The notes below the pieces were generated by a model. It did no database searches and was not told the origin of the DNA. It saw only the letters and a list, made by a program, of their open reading frames with translations. Shown here one piece after another: positions 17,502 to 25,938 of a stretch of DNA of 64,000 nucleotides. Within the stretch, counting starts at the first letter, position 1. Each line of letters starts with the position of its first letter. The stretch comes from a virus. Lineage: Duplodnaviria > Caudoviricetes. Location of the stretch: positions 22,584 through 86,583 of the IMG/VR virus record IMGVR_UViG_2862784999_000001; one strand, written 5' to 3'. The translations under genes were made by a program, and so were the position numbers.

Positions 17502-17789
17502 TCAGTTGATCGTGAAGCGCGGGGATTTGATGACGGGCCGCTCTGGTGGGGCCTGGATGCGCACCCAGGTCCGGTAGGTGCCGGGTCCGGGGTCGATGGC
17601 GCCGTCGGGGCCGATGAGGATCATCGCGACGTGATGCCCGTTGTCGGTGCCCCAGGCGGCGGCATGCCAGTCGCCTGGCTCGGGCCGTTCACCGTCTTCG
17701 AGGACGGCGACCTCGACCGTGTATCCGGCGGGGTCGCCGCTGCCCGCGGTGACGGGGGTCATCAGATATTCGCTGCTCTCGCGTTCCAC
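17502..17789 (-). CDS. small Ig-like/BppU-like virion-associated protein
   Basis: 95 aa, beta-rich, LIGP...GTYRTWVRI...PERPV; directly after the large repeat protein. Confidence 0.55.
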   Translation of the reverse strand: MERESSEYLMTPVTAGSGDPAGYTVEVAVLEDGERPEPGDWHAAAWGTDNGHHVAMILIGPDGAIDPGPGTYRTWVRIQAPPERPVIKSPRFTIN

Positions 17790-17797
17790 CAGACCCC

Positions 17798-20557
17798 CTA
17801 CGTGTGCGGCTGCTGCGCTCTCCAGGAGCTGTACGGCGCGCCGGCTTCATGCCGGGGGCGGAGGGTTCCTGCGGCCCAGCGGGTGCGGGGGGCTCCGGCG
17901 GTGAGCGTGTCGAGTTGTTCGACGGGCCCGGGTCCGGTGACGCCGCCTGCCGCGATGAGGGCTGCGAGGACGGCGAGTTGGCCGGTGATTTTCCGCGTGA
18001 CGGCGGGGGTTGCGCTCGTCGTCGCTGTGACGGCGAGGCTGGCTGTGCTGGTGACGGCGACAGTCCCGCTGGCGGCCAGGCTCGCGGTGGCGGTGAGCGC
18101 GGCGGATCCGTCGCCTGCAGCGGTAACGGTTCCGTCGGCGGTTGCCGTTGCGGTCGCCGCGAGTTGCGCGCCACCCGCGGTGGCAAGGTCACCGTGGGCG
18201 GTCGTGCCCGCGCTGACGTCCAGAGTGTCCGCGGGGGCGGAGGTGCCGAGCGCACCTTCGGCTGCTGTCCCCGCGGTAGCTGTGAGGCTCCCGCCGCTGG
18301 CCGTTGCGCGGGTTCCCGCTGCCGCCGCGGTAGCAGTGGCGTCGAGGAGTCCGTTGCCGGCTGCCGCGGTTTGGCCGTCGGCGATGAGGCCAGCGGTTGC
18401 CGTGAGGCTGGCCGACGATTCGCCTGCCGCGCTGACCGCGCCTGCCGCAGTGGCGGTCGCGGTGGCCGCGAGTACGGCGGCGGCCTGGCTGGACGCTGCC
18501 CCGCCGGCTGCCGCTGTCGCGACGGCGGTCAGGTCTGCCGAGCCTTGTGCGGCTCGAATTCCGTCGCTGGTGGCGGTCGCGGTCGCCGCGAGGTCTGCGG
18601 TGCCGGTTCGGCCGGGAACGCCCGAGGCGGCCAGGCCTGCCACGGCTGCGAGTTCTCCGCCCGCTGTTGCCGCGACTGTGCCGCTGGCGGATCCGGTTGC
18701 GGCGGCGGTGAGGCTGCCAGCCCCGGTCGCTGCACGGTCGCCGCTGCTCGTGGCGGTGGCCGTGACGGCCAGGTCGCCGGCGAGGTCGCGCCCGACGCTG
18801 CCGCTGGCCGCGATGGTTGCTGTACCCGCGAGGCTGCTCGCTCCGGTGCCTGCGACGGCTCCTGCCGAGGTCGCTGTGCCGGTGGCCGCGAGTGCTGCCT
18901 GGCCGCTGGCCGCCCTGGCGCCTGCGCTGCTCGTCGTCGCAGTGACCGCGAGGCTTCCTACTCCGACCGTGCTGGTGGTACCAGCCGCTGTCGGTGCGGC
19001 CGTGGCGGCGAGTGTTGCTGCCCCTGCCGCTGCGGTCATTCCGGCTGCTGTCGGGGATGCGGTGGCGGTGAGCGTGCCAGCGCTGGCCGTTGCAGACGAC
19101 CCGGCGGCCGTGAGGGCTGCGGTCGCGGCGAGCGTGGCGGCACCGGCCGCGTCGCGGGTACCGGTCGCACTGCTGACGGCGGTTGCCGCGAGGGTGGCGC
19201 TGCCTGCCGCGGCAACGGCCCCTGAGGCGGATGCGGTTGCTACTGCGGCGAGGCTTCCACCAGCCGCTGTCGCCCGCTGTCCTGTTGCGGTGGGGCTGGC
19301 GGTCGCGGCGAGCGTCCCGCTGCCCGAGCCGCCGAGAGCGCCGGTTGCTGTCGCGGTGGCGGCGCCGGTGAGGCTTCCGTCGCCGGTGACCGCGTTGACG
19401 GGCACGTACTCGACGAGCGCCCACGCGGTGGAGATGCGGCGGGTAGTGGTCTGAGAGGTGTTGGAGCGGTAGCCGATCTGCGCGTTGGCGAGGGTGGCTG
19501 CCGTCCAGGCGGTGCTGGTCTGCGGATTGCTGTAGGCGGTGAGCTGGTACAGGCGGGGGACGGCCGCTTTGTGCGTCGACCAGCCGTTGACGTTGACGGA
19601 AGTCGACGCGGATTCGGAGACGGTGCCGCCGGACTGGCCTTTGATGCGGGTGACGATGCTCGCTGCGGTGGTGGCGTTGGAGCCGATCCGCACGCCGACG
19701 GAGACGAGGCTGATCGCGTCGGAGGCGCCGATCCCTGCGCTAGTCGGGGAGGTGAGGGTGAAGTCGTCGATCGTGGTGGTGCCCGTGGCGATCGTCGAGT
19801 TGTAGCTGGTCGCGTCGTTGGGCGTGACTTCGTTGACGCGGGTCCAGTTGTTCGCGGCGCCCGCGGTGCCGCCGACGACGGTGGCGAAGCCGTTGTTGTC
19901 GCCCTGCCCTGCGGGCTGGAGGTGGACCACGGTGCCGGGGCCGGGGAGGCCGGTCTGTGCCGTGCCCGTCGTGTCGTTGACGGCGATGTCGTCGATGCAG
20001 ATGTCCAGCGAGTTCGCTGACTGGAGGGCGCCGGCACGGACGCGACTGAACCCGTTGATGTTGGTGCACATCTGGTCGCTGACCAGGGTGCCGTCGATGT
20101 ACAGCTTGAACGCGGAGGTCCCGGCCGTGATCGTGCCCGCGACGTCGTTGAAGTCCGCTTCGATCCGGTACCACTGGCCGATGCTGAGCGGGCTGGTGGC
20201 GGAGCCGAGGTCACTGCTGGCCTGATCGTCGCGGAGGACCAGGCTGCCGTCGGTCTTCAGCCGGATCATGCCGGGGAAGTAGCCGGACTGGCCGATCCCG
20301 TACACATTGCAGTCGGCGGCCGGGAGCGCGTTGATGTACAGGTAGAAGCGGTGGAATGTCCGCATGACGACACCGCTGGTCAGCTGGTGCTCGATGTAGG
20401 ACGTGCCCGCGGTCGGGGTGACGCGCAGGGAGGCCGCGCCGCCGCGGTGGATGCTGGTGGAGATGGCCGGTGAGCCGCCGACGGTGTTGACGTCCTGCGT
20501 CTCGACGAGGGCTGTCACGGACTGGAGCTCGAAGCCGCACGTCCACATCCGCGCCAC
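17798..20557 (-). CDS. 919-aa fibre/adhesin-like protein: lectin/ConA-like N-terminal domains plus about 23 repeats of 20 aa (Ala/Thr/Gly)
   Basis: GTG after GGGAGG; GQWYRIE, KLYIDG, IDDIAV lectin-like motifs; then L-A-A-T-A-T-x-T-A-x-G with 20-aa period. Confidence 0.8.
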   Translation of the reverse strand: MARMWTCGFELQSVTALVETQDVNTVGGSPAISTSIHRGGAASLRVTPTAGTSYIEHQLTSGVVMRTFHRFYLYINALPAADCNVYGIGQSGYFPGMIRLKTDGSLVLRDDQASSDLGSATSPLSIGQWYRIEADFNDVAGTITAGTSAFKLYIDGTLVSDQMCTNINGFSRVRAGALQSANSLDICIDDIAVNDTTGTAQTGLPGPGTVVHLQPAGQGDNNGFATVVGGTAGAANNWTRVNEVTPNDATSYNSTIATGTTTIDDFTLTSPTSAGIGASDAISLVSVGVRIGSNATTAASIVTRIKGQSGGTVSESASTSVNVNGWSTHKAAVPRLYQLTAYSNPQTSTAWTAATLANAQIGYRSNTSQTTTRRISTAWALVEYVPVNAVTGDGSLTGAATATATGALGGSGSGTLAATASPTATGQRATAAGGSLAAVATASASGAVAAAGSATLAATAVSSATGTRDAAGAATLAATAALTAAGSSATASAGTLTATASPTAAGMTAAAGAATLAATAAPTAAGTTSTVGVGSLAVTATTSSAGARAASGQAALAATGTATSAGAVAGTGASSLAGTATIAASGSVGRDLAGDLAVTATATSSGDRAATGAGSLTAAATGSASGTVAATAGGELAAVAGLAASGVPGRTGTADLAATATATSDGIRAAQGSADLTAVATAAAGGAASSQAAAVLAATATATAAGAVSAAGESSASLTATAGLIADGQTAAAGNGLLDATATAAAAGTRATASGGSLTATAGTAAEGALGTSAPADTLDVSAGTTAHGDLATAGGAQLAATATATADGTVTAAGDGSAALTATASLAASGTVAVTSTASLAVTATTSATPAVTRKITGQLAVLAALIAAGGVTGPGPVEQLDTLTAGAPRTRWAAGTLRPRHEAGAPYSSWRAQQPHT

Positions 20558-20590
20558 GGCGACCTCCCGACGGTCAGGCCGCGGTCAGGA

Positions 20591-20986
20591 TCAGGAGGCC
20601 TGCGGTGAGAGGGAGAGGCTGAGCGACGTCGCCGTGAACGTGTCGCCCGACGACCACGCCTTCGACGAGCTGAGGGCGACGGAGAACAGGAACGTGCCGC
20701 CGGAGGCTGCGGACCATACGGAGATGTCGGTGATCGTCTCGCTGGTGCCGCCGTTCGTCCACGACGGGTTAGTGCCGGTGAGGGCGAGCGCGGACCCGGA
20801 CGAGGACGCGGCGAACGTGAAGACGGGCCGGGTCGTCGAGCCGGCGGACACCGCGGTGGTTCCGGCCGCCCCGGGGTTCGCGGTGTGGATCTGCGCGTAG
20901 GTGGTGATCGGCCCATAGGCCGCGCCGGCCGTCCGCAGGGTGTTGAGCCAGCTGGATACCAGGGAGGTGGAGAGGCCCTCAGCCAT
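20591..20986 (-). CDS. small beta-sandwich fibre subunit (gp80-like minor virion protein)
   Basis: 131 aa; IHTANPG..G, ETIT..SVWSAASGGTFL...L...K....GDTF motifs seen in phage fibre/minor tail proteins. Confidence 0.7.
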   Translation of the reverse strand: MAEGLSTSLVSSWLNTLRTAGAAYGPITTYAQIHTANPGAAGTTAVSAGSTTRPVFTFAASSSGSALALTGTNPSWTNGGTSETITDISVWSAASGGTFLFSVALSSSKAWSSGDTFTATSLSLSLSPQAS

Positions 20987-21095
20987 CGGTGTTCGTCTCC
21001 TCTGTGTCGGGAGACGCGTCGGCCTCCGGCTGCGGGGGGTGGGTGACTTCGCCCTCGGCGTGGAGGGTGATCGTGATCGTGTGCGTGTCGGCCAC
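20979..21095 (-). CDS. 38-aa hypothetical protein
   Basis: GGAGG RBS, GTG start, MADTHTITITLHAEGEVTHPP...; stop overlaps the next gene. Not in the ORF track. Confidence 0.55.
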   Translation of the reverse strand: MADTHTITITLHAEGEVTHPPQPEADASPDTEETNTDG

Positions 21096-21139
21096 GGCGG
21101 CCTCCGTTCGCGTGAGTTCCGCTGGGGACGTTCGGGGAG

Positions 21140-21206
21140 CGCCGCCGTTCCGGAGTCGAACCGGGACTGGCCAGCTGTGGACGACAGCCCTCGTCTGCCG
21201 ACGACG
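21140..21206 (-). ncRNA. tRNA-like element lacking a D-arm
   Basis: T-arm CCGG-TTCGACT-CCGG, anticodon-like arm GGCTG-TCGTCCA-CAGCT, acceptor-like pairing CGTCGTCG/CGGCGGCG; only 9 nt where the D-arm should be. Confidence 0.5.
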
Positions 21207-21262
21207 TCCCGGCTTAGCGGTCCCGCCGCCCGGCGCTGGGGGCGTAAGAGGCGGCGGGACGA

Positions 21263-21481
21263 TCAGGGGTGTGGGCCTCGGGCGGCGCCAGAGAATGGGA
21301 GCTCGGTGGCGTCAGCGGATCCGAGGTCGTGCTCGGCGACGTGGTCACGCACGACCGCCAGGTCGAACGAGAGGTACATCGTCGAGCCGGACTGGCCCGC
21401 GAACGGGACAGCGGACACGGGGATATCGAGGCCTGCGGCACAGACGGGACAGGTGATCGTGCTGGTTCCGACTGCTGCCAC
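21263..21481 (-). CDS. hypothetical protein (CPVC...H..EH)
   Basis: GTG at 21481 after GGGAGG. Confidence 0.55.
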   Translation of the reverse strand: MAAVGTSTITCPVCAAGLDIPVSAVPFAGQSGSTMYLSFDLAVVRDHVAEHDLGSADATELPFSGAARGPHP

Positions 21482-21503
21482 GGTCTGCCTCCCATGTGTT
21501 GTG

Positions 21504-21600
21504 CGTCCGCCCCAGACCCCCACAGGACTGGGGCGGACGAGGGGGCCGAGCGCGTGGCGCTTCAAGGCCCGGCCTGCGCGACCACCCGCGCAGGGGCTTT
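21504..21600. other. two intergenic stem-loops in the late leader
   Basis: CGTCCGCCCCAG/CTGGGGCGGACG (21504-21539) and CCTGCGCG/CGCGCAGG (about 21573-21594). Confidence 0.6.
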
Positions 21601-21845
21601 CAGGCGGCGTGAGCGTCTGCCTCGCGCGCCGGGATTTTCGGGGGCGGCGTGGGGGTGATGACCCGCTGGGTTTCCTTGTCCCGTTCAGCGGGATCGATCT
21701 CCATCAGGTCGTACCGGGCGTTGCGGCCCTTGCCGTAGACCTTGATGCGCCCTTCGGATGCCCAGCGCCAGATCGTGCCGACGGGACGGCCGGTCCAGTA
21801 GGCGGCGTCTGCTGCGGTAGCGAGTGCGATGGAGGGCACGGTCAC
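21600..21845 (-). CDS. small MerR/Xis-like HTH DNA-binding protein
   Basis: AAYWTGRPVGTIWRWASEGRI...RYDL. Confidence 0.75.
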   Translation of the reverse strand: MTVPSIALATAADAAYWTGRPVGTIWRWASEGRIKVYGKGRNARYDLMEIDPAERDKETQRVITPTPPPKIPAREADAHAA

Positions 21846-21860
21846 CTCCGGGAACGACGA

Positions 21861-21884
21861 AGGCCACCCGGTGCCGGGTGGCCT
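21861..21884 (-). terminator. leader terminator/attenuator
   Basis: AGGCCACCCGG-CA-CCGGGTGGCCT hairpin followed by TCGTCGTT, about 30 nt downstream of a promoter. Confidence 0.6.
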
Positions 21885-21911
21885 CAGCGCGAAGTTCTGC
21901 TATCTGAGCAG

Positions 21912-21941
21912 ATGATCGCTTCGGTGATCGGGTTTTGTCAA
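21912..21941 (-). promoter_or_regulatory. putative late promoter
   Basis: TTGACA-N18-GATCAT on the minus strand. Confidence 0.6.
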
Positions 21942-21962
21942 CCCACCGATGTCAACAGCCCC

Positions 21963-22736
21963 TCACGCCACGTTGCGGCGTTTCTCCGTCAGAGACTTGA
22001 GGTCCGCCAGGAGGTACAGCTTGGTGCCGCTGGAGTCTTTCAGTAGGTGATGCAGCTTGCCTCTATGGACCCAGACGTGAGCGGTACCAAGCCTGATGCC
22101 GAGGGCGCGAGTCCCGGCTTCCAGCGTGACCAGGTGTGGGGTCATCGGTACGTCGGGAAGCCGCAACCGTCCGGGCTTTTGAGCGAGGTTGGCCAGTGTT
22201 GGCCAGCTCGGGTCGGGCGACCCGTGTGCGGAACGGACGGCTTCGATGTGCGCGTCGAGGATTTCGTCGCGGTGGAAGTACTCGGCTCCACGGCTGATCC
22301 GAAGGGCTTTGAACTCCTCGTGCCTCGCCGCCTCTTCGGGACGTCCGCCCGGCTCCCACGCAAGGACAGCATCAGGGATGAGATTCCCGAAGCGCTTATG
22401 CGGCTGCGAGGTGTATCCGATCTTCACTAGCGACCCGCGCTGCGCGTAGTAGACGATCGACTCCGGGAAACGGCTGGGCTGCCGGTCCGCTTCATTCTGT
22501 AGATGGCGCGCATGCTTGCCGCGTCCCTCTTTGATGGCCTCGGCGATCGTCTCGCTGTCGAACTCTCCGCCCTCGCGTCGGATCCTCTGAAGTTCTGCCG
22601 CGATGAACATGAACGCCGGATCGCTCTGGTCGACTACGCCGATGAGGCTCTGAACGCTTGGGCGCACACCCGCCGACGCGGTTTCCGCTCTCCCGTATGG
22701 GCGGGCTAGTGGGGCCTTGCGGTTACTCTGAACCAT
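21963..22736 (-). CDS. T5orf172/GIY-YIG-like domain protein with C-terminal HTH
   Basis: VYY...VKIGYT...R...E...H.EF...R...EYF; C-terminal LGIRLGTAHVWVHRGKL. Confidence 0.75.
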   Translation of the reverse strand: MVQSNRKAPLARPYGRAETASAGVRPSVQSLIGVVDQSDPAFMFIAAELQRIRREGGEFDSETIAEAIKEGRGKHARHLQNEADRQPSRFPESIVYYAQRGSLVKIGYTSQPHKRFGNLIPDAVLAWEPGGRPEEAARHEEFKALRISRGAEYFHRDEILDAHIEAVRSAHGSPDPSWPTLANLAQKPGRLRLPDVPMTPHLVTLEAGTRALGIRLGTAHVWVHRGKLHHLLKDSSGTKLYLLADLKSLTEKRRNVA

Positions 22737-22850
22737 GTCGATCTGCTTTCTCCAGGTCGGCCACGCCCCGGGATCGGTCGCACGATCGCCGGGGTCTCAA
22801 CTGCCCCAATTCTACCGTCCTTTGGATCTATTCGGCGGGATTCGCGCAGG

Positions 22851-23072
22851 TCAACGGACGGATGCCGTGTCGCTACGTGGAGCGTTCCGGCAGATCCAGA
22901 ACAGCAGTGCGGACAGTCCGCAGATTCCAACGGCGCAGATGATCAATCCGATGCCGCCGATGATGTGTTCCAGGTCGCCCCAGAAGTAGCTGACGCCGAG
23001 GGCGCCGACGCCCAGCCCGAGCAGGCACGTCAATACGGAAAGCACGCATCCGGCGATGTTCGACCCGCTCAC
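22851..23072 (-). CDS. small membrane protein
   Basis: Two hydrophobic segments; GTG overlapping the upstream stop. Confidence 0.5.
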   Translation of the reverse strand: MSGSNIAGCVLSVLTCLLGLGVGALGVSYFWGDLEHIIGGIGLIICAVGICGLSALLFWICRNAPRSDTASVR

Positions 23073-23527
23073 GGCGCCCACTCCTCGCCCTTGTGGTCGG
23101 GGTGCCCGGCGAACGGTTGGGCGAGCAGACGCAGGGTTCGGCAGGGGTGGCGCTGCGGAGTGCTGCCGCCATGGGTGGGGTACCCCCACCGCCCGTCAAC
23201 GCAGGTGCCGCAGCTCCCGTCATTCACGTCTGGGTGCTCTTCGATCAGTGCGAGCTTGGCGTCGAGGTCGGCGATGACGTCGGGGTCGGGTGCTGGCTCC
23301 TCGAACTGGGTCATGACCGACGCCTCATGGACCTCGTGACCGCACGGGTCGAAGGACCCGAGTGGCCAGCCGATGGATTGGCCGCCCAGGGAGGTCGTCA
23401 TGCCCGACGTCGGGCGGGAGCAGACCGGGCAGCACGCTCCGGGCTCCCATGTGCCCCGCACGATCCGCTGCTGACGGTCGCGGGCTTCGGCATACCGGGC
23501 GCGCAGAAAGTCGGTGATCTCGCTCAT
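23069..23527 (-). CDS. DUF6221-like protein
   Basis: ITDFLRAR...ADLDAKLALI...TLRLLAQPFAGHPD..EEW.P. Confidence 0.75.
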   Translation of the reverse strand: MSEITDFLRARYAEARDRQQRIVRGTWEPGACCPVCSRPTSGMTTSLGGQSIGWPLGSFDPCGHEVHEASVMTQFEEPAPDPDVIADLDAKLALIEEHPDVNDGSCGTCVDGRWGYPTHGGSTPQRHPCRTLRLLAQPFAGHPDHKGEEWAP

Positions 23528-23696
23528 ATGGCGGCTCGTGGCAACCAGACCCATGCGGCCGGTTCAAGGTCGGGGTCGTCGTCAGCGCTGTCGAACCACG
23601 AGTCGAGGCACACCTTGCAGAGGGGAAACCAGTAGCCCGAGCTGGTCTTCCATCGGGCGACCGTGGGGCCACAGCTGCCGAGATTGATGACGCAGT

Positions 23697-24092
23697 TCAC
23701 GCCGCTGCCTCTTCCGTCGGCAACGCCCAGCAGGCATCAGTGCAGTCGCGCCCCTCGTGTGGCAGCCCGCCCTCGCTCATCTCCTCGAAGGAGACGGTCC
23801 GCATCGCCTGGAGGCACCAGGCGCCCTTGGGTGTAAGCCATGCGCCGTTGACGCTCGATCCGTGCTCGGTCAGCTCGGCCACGTCGATGACGGACATGAT
23901 GATGTGGTGCGCCGCGCCACCGCCGGTGAGGGTTTCCGCTAGCCGCCAGCCTTCATTCTCGTAGTAGGGGGCGAGCGAGAGGAGGTCGCGGACCAGCACG
24001 TAAGCCTCGTCGGGGTTACCGCAGCCGCAGAGTCCGAGGTCTTCGTAGAAGATCCTGTTCAGATGGTCGCGGACCGCTTCATCCACGCTCAT
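23697..24092 (-). CDS. hypothetical protein
   Basis: LCGCGNP...LTEHGSSV.GAWLT.KG; ATG overlap. Confidence 0.7.
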   Translation of the reverse strand: MSVDEAVRDHLNRIFYEDLGLCGCGNPDEAYVLVRDLLSLAPYYENEGWRLAETLTGGGAAHHIIMSVIDVAELTEHGSSVNGAWLTPKGAWCLQAMRTVSFEEMSEGGLPHEGRDCTDACWALPTEEAAA

Positions 24093-24808
24093 GCCGCTAC
24101 CCCCGCCGCTTCGGCGAGTACGGCGTCTTGTGCGGCCCGGAGTTCCCGCCACTCCCCCAGCGTCTCCCACCGCTGCCCGCAGGTGTCGCAGTGGACGCGG
24201 TGGCTGTCGGCGCGGGCGGTGAGCGGCTTCCAGCAGAGTTGCCCGTCGGGCCGGGCCGGGCAGTTGCCGATTTTGACGCGGCCGGGGCGGCGGACGTCGT
24301 TGACGATCGCCGCGCACTCGGCGTGCAGCTTCCGCAGGTCGTCGATGTCTTGGCCGACTGAGTCGTAGGAGTCGGCAGCCCACGGCAGATTGTTGAGCAG
24401 GAACGTCACCAGATGCGGGACCGTTTGTGCCGCACTGCCGCGCCAGGGTGCGACGGTCCAGCCGAGGGCCTGCCGCCACGAGTCCTCGACCGCCGACAGC
24501 CTGGCCGCGACACCGCCGGGCCCGACGAGGGAGAGTACTTCGAGGCGGGGCGGGATCGGCGGCGTCTTCGTCCCCGAACTTCCCCCGCCTGTCCGGGAGG
24601 CGCCCCGCATCAGTGCGGCCGTCGTGTTCAGGCGCTGGAAGAGGGCGGGGAGTTCGGTGAGCCGCACGCGGGTCTTGTCTTCACAGGGCCGGCATATCTG
24701 GCGGCCGAGCTCGTCGGCCCACAACTGGTGGGCCCGGGTTCCGTCGGCGGGTCCGGCGGCGCAGGTCGGCCATTCGTATCCGTCGTCGGGGGTGGGGTGG
24801 TCGTGCAT
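24089..24808 (-). CDS. Zn-binding phage protein
   Basis: CxxC pairs at both ends (ICRPC; CP...C...CDTC). Confidence 0.7.
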   Translation of the reverse strand: MHDHPTPDDGYEWPTCAAGPADGTRAHQLWADELGRQICRPCEDKTRVRLTELPALFQRLNTTAALMRGASRTGGGSSGTKTPPIPPRLEVLSLVGPGGVAARLSAVEDSWRQALGWTVAPWRGSAAQTVPHLVTFLLNNLPWAADSYDSVGQDIDDLRKLHAECAAIVNDVRRPGRVKIGNCPARPDGQLCWKPLTARADSHRVHCDTCGQRWETLGEWRELRAAQDAVLAEAAGVAA

Positions 24809-25142
24809 CGTGCGGCTCCTCGGCGGTGGTACGGGAAGCAGTGACGCTAGGGCCAATGGTGCCCTATGTGACCGACAAGCCGGGCCAATGGCCCTGTCCT
24901 AGTCCTCATTGGGGCCGGCTTGGCGTCGCGCCGTGTAGTAGGTGAGGGCGGCACGTTGCCGGCGGCTCGCTGTCTGTCCGGTCGCGAGGTATCGGACGAG
25001 CACCCAGAAGCGGGCGGTGAATCGCTTGAGGCGTTCCATCTGTGAGGCCCTCTCGGATCGTTGGTGCATGGACTGTCGTGCGGGAGTGGTCGCTTTATCG
25101 ATTCCTACCCTGCTCCGTTACCGGCCTTGCAACACTGCCGCC

Positions 25143-25340
25143 ATGAGCGACGTCGTCTACATGGTGCGGGCGCGAACCGAAGCGGCCTGCAAGCGGGAGT
25201 TGGCGCGGATCTGCGAGCGTATGGACGCCGAGGTCGCCACCGATCCCACGGACGCAGCTGGCCGTCACTGGGTTGCGCGGGCTGTTCCCCGAACGGCAAA
25301 GGCCCCGACCGCGGACGGTCGAGGCCCTGTCTCCGGCTAG
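25143..25340 (+). CDS. small hypothetical protein
   Basis: ATG at 25143, 65 aa, opposite strand to flanking genes. Confidence 0.5.
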   Translation: MSDVVYMVRARTEAACKRELARICERMDAEVATDPTDAAGRHWVARAVPRTAKAPTADGRGPVSG

Positions 25341-25343
25341 CAG

Positions 25344-25829
25344 CTACTCGTCTTCCTGCTCCAGTTGTGCGGCGAGGGCGTTGAAGGCGGTCACGTAGCG
25401 GTTGGCTGCCGAGAGCGTCTGGCTTTCGGGGGTGACGTTGAACGTCTGTGCGGCCCCGTTCCCGAAGGTCACGTTGATGACGGCCGCACCCTTGTTCTTG
25501 CGGCCGGTGGCGGCAGCTGAAGCGCCCATCGTTGCCGCCCCGGCAATGAGCCGGGTCGCTGTCCAGCCCTTGTGGGCGCCGGCGTTGACGAACTCCGCGG
25601 ATCCGCCCTTGATCGGCCCGAGGTTGGTGACGCCCATCTTCGACGACGGCCACATTCTCATCGTCGCGGCCGTGTTCATCGTGCGCTCGGCCGGATGGGC
25701 TTCTCGCCACGCTTTGAGCGCGGCCTTGTCGGCGGCCTTCTGGTCGGCTGCTTCACCGCGGATCCGCTGCTTCTCTGCCTTCGCGGCAGCCTTCTGTGCG
25801 GTCTTCTCCGGGTCCTGCTTGAAGAACAT
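25344..25829 (-). CDS. hypothetical protein (moron-like)
   Basis: GAGGGGG RBS; basic helix then WTATRLIAGAATMG. Confidence 0.7.
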   Translation of the reverse strand: MFFKQDPEKTAQKAAAKAEKQRIRGEAADQKAADKAALKAWREAHPAERTMNTAATMRMWPSSKMGVTNLGPIKGGSAEFVNAGAHKGWTATRLIAGAATMGASAAATGRKNKGAAVINVTFGNGAAQTFNVTPESQTLSAANRYVTAFNALAAQLEQEDE

Positions 25830-25938
25830 GACGCCCCCTCGGTGCGAGTCCAAGGGGGCATCATGCGCCTGCTGCCGGAGCGGTGGGGTCGGGAGTGCCC
25901 GAGTTGTAGCCGATCGAGGACATCGAGATGGAGCGTGG

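Noticed and set aside
17900-19400. CRISPR array or DNA-level tandem repeat
   Set aside because: The periodicity is protein-level (60 bp, degenerate); no identical repeats with unique spacers and no cas genes.
16938-19454. 838-aa plus-strand ORF with RL/AVAV periodicity
   Set aside because: Antisense shadow of the 20-aa repeat gene; stop-poor because of GC-rich codons; no RBS or operon context.
21140-21206. Functional tRNA-Asp(GTC)
   Set aside because: No D-arm, U33 and purine-37 missing, no CCA; kept only as a tRNA-like element.
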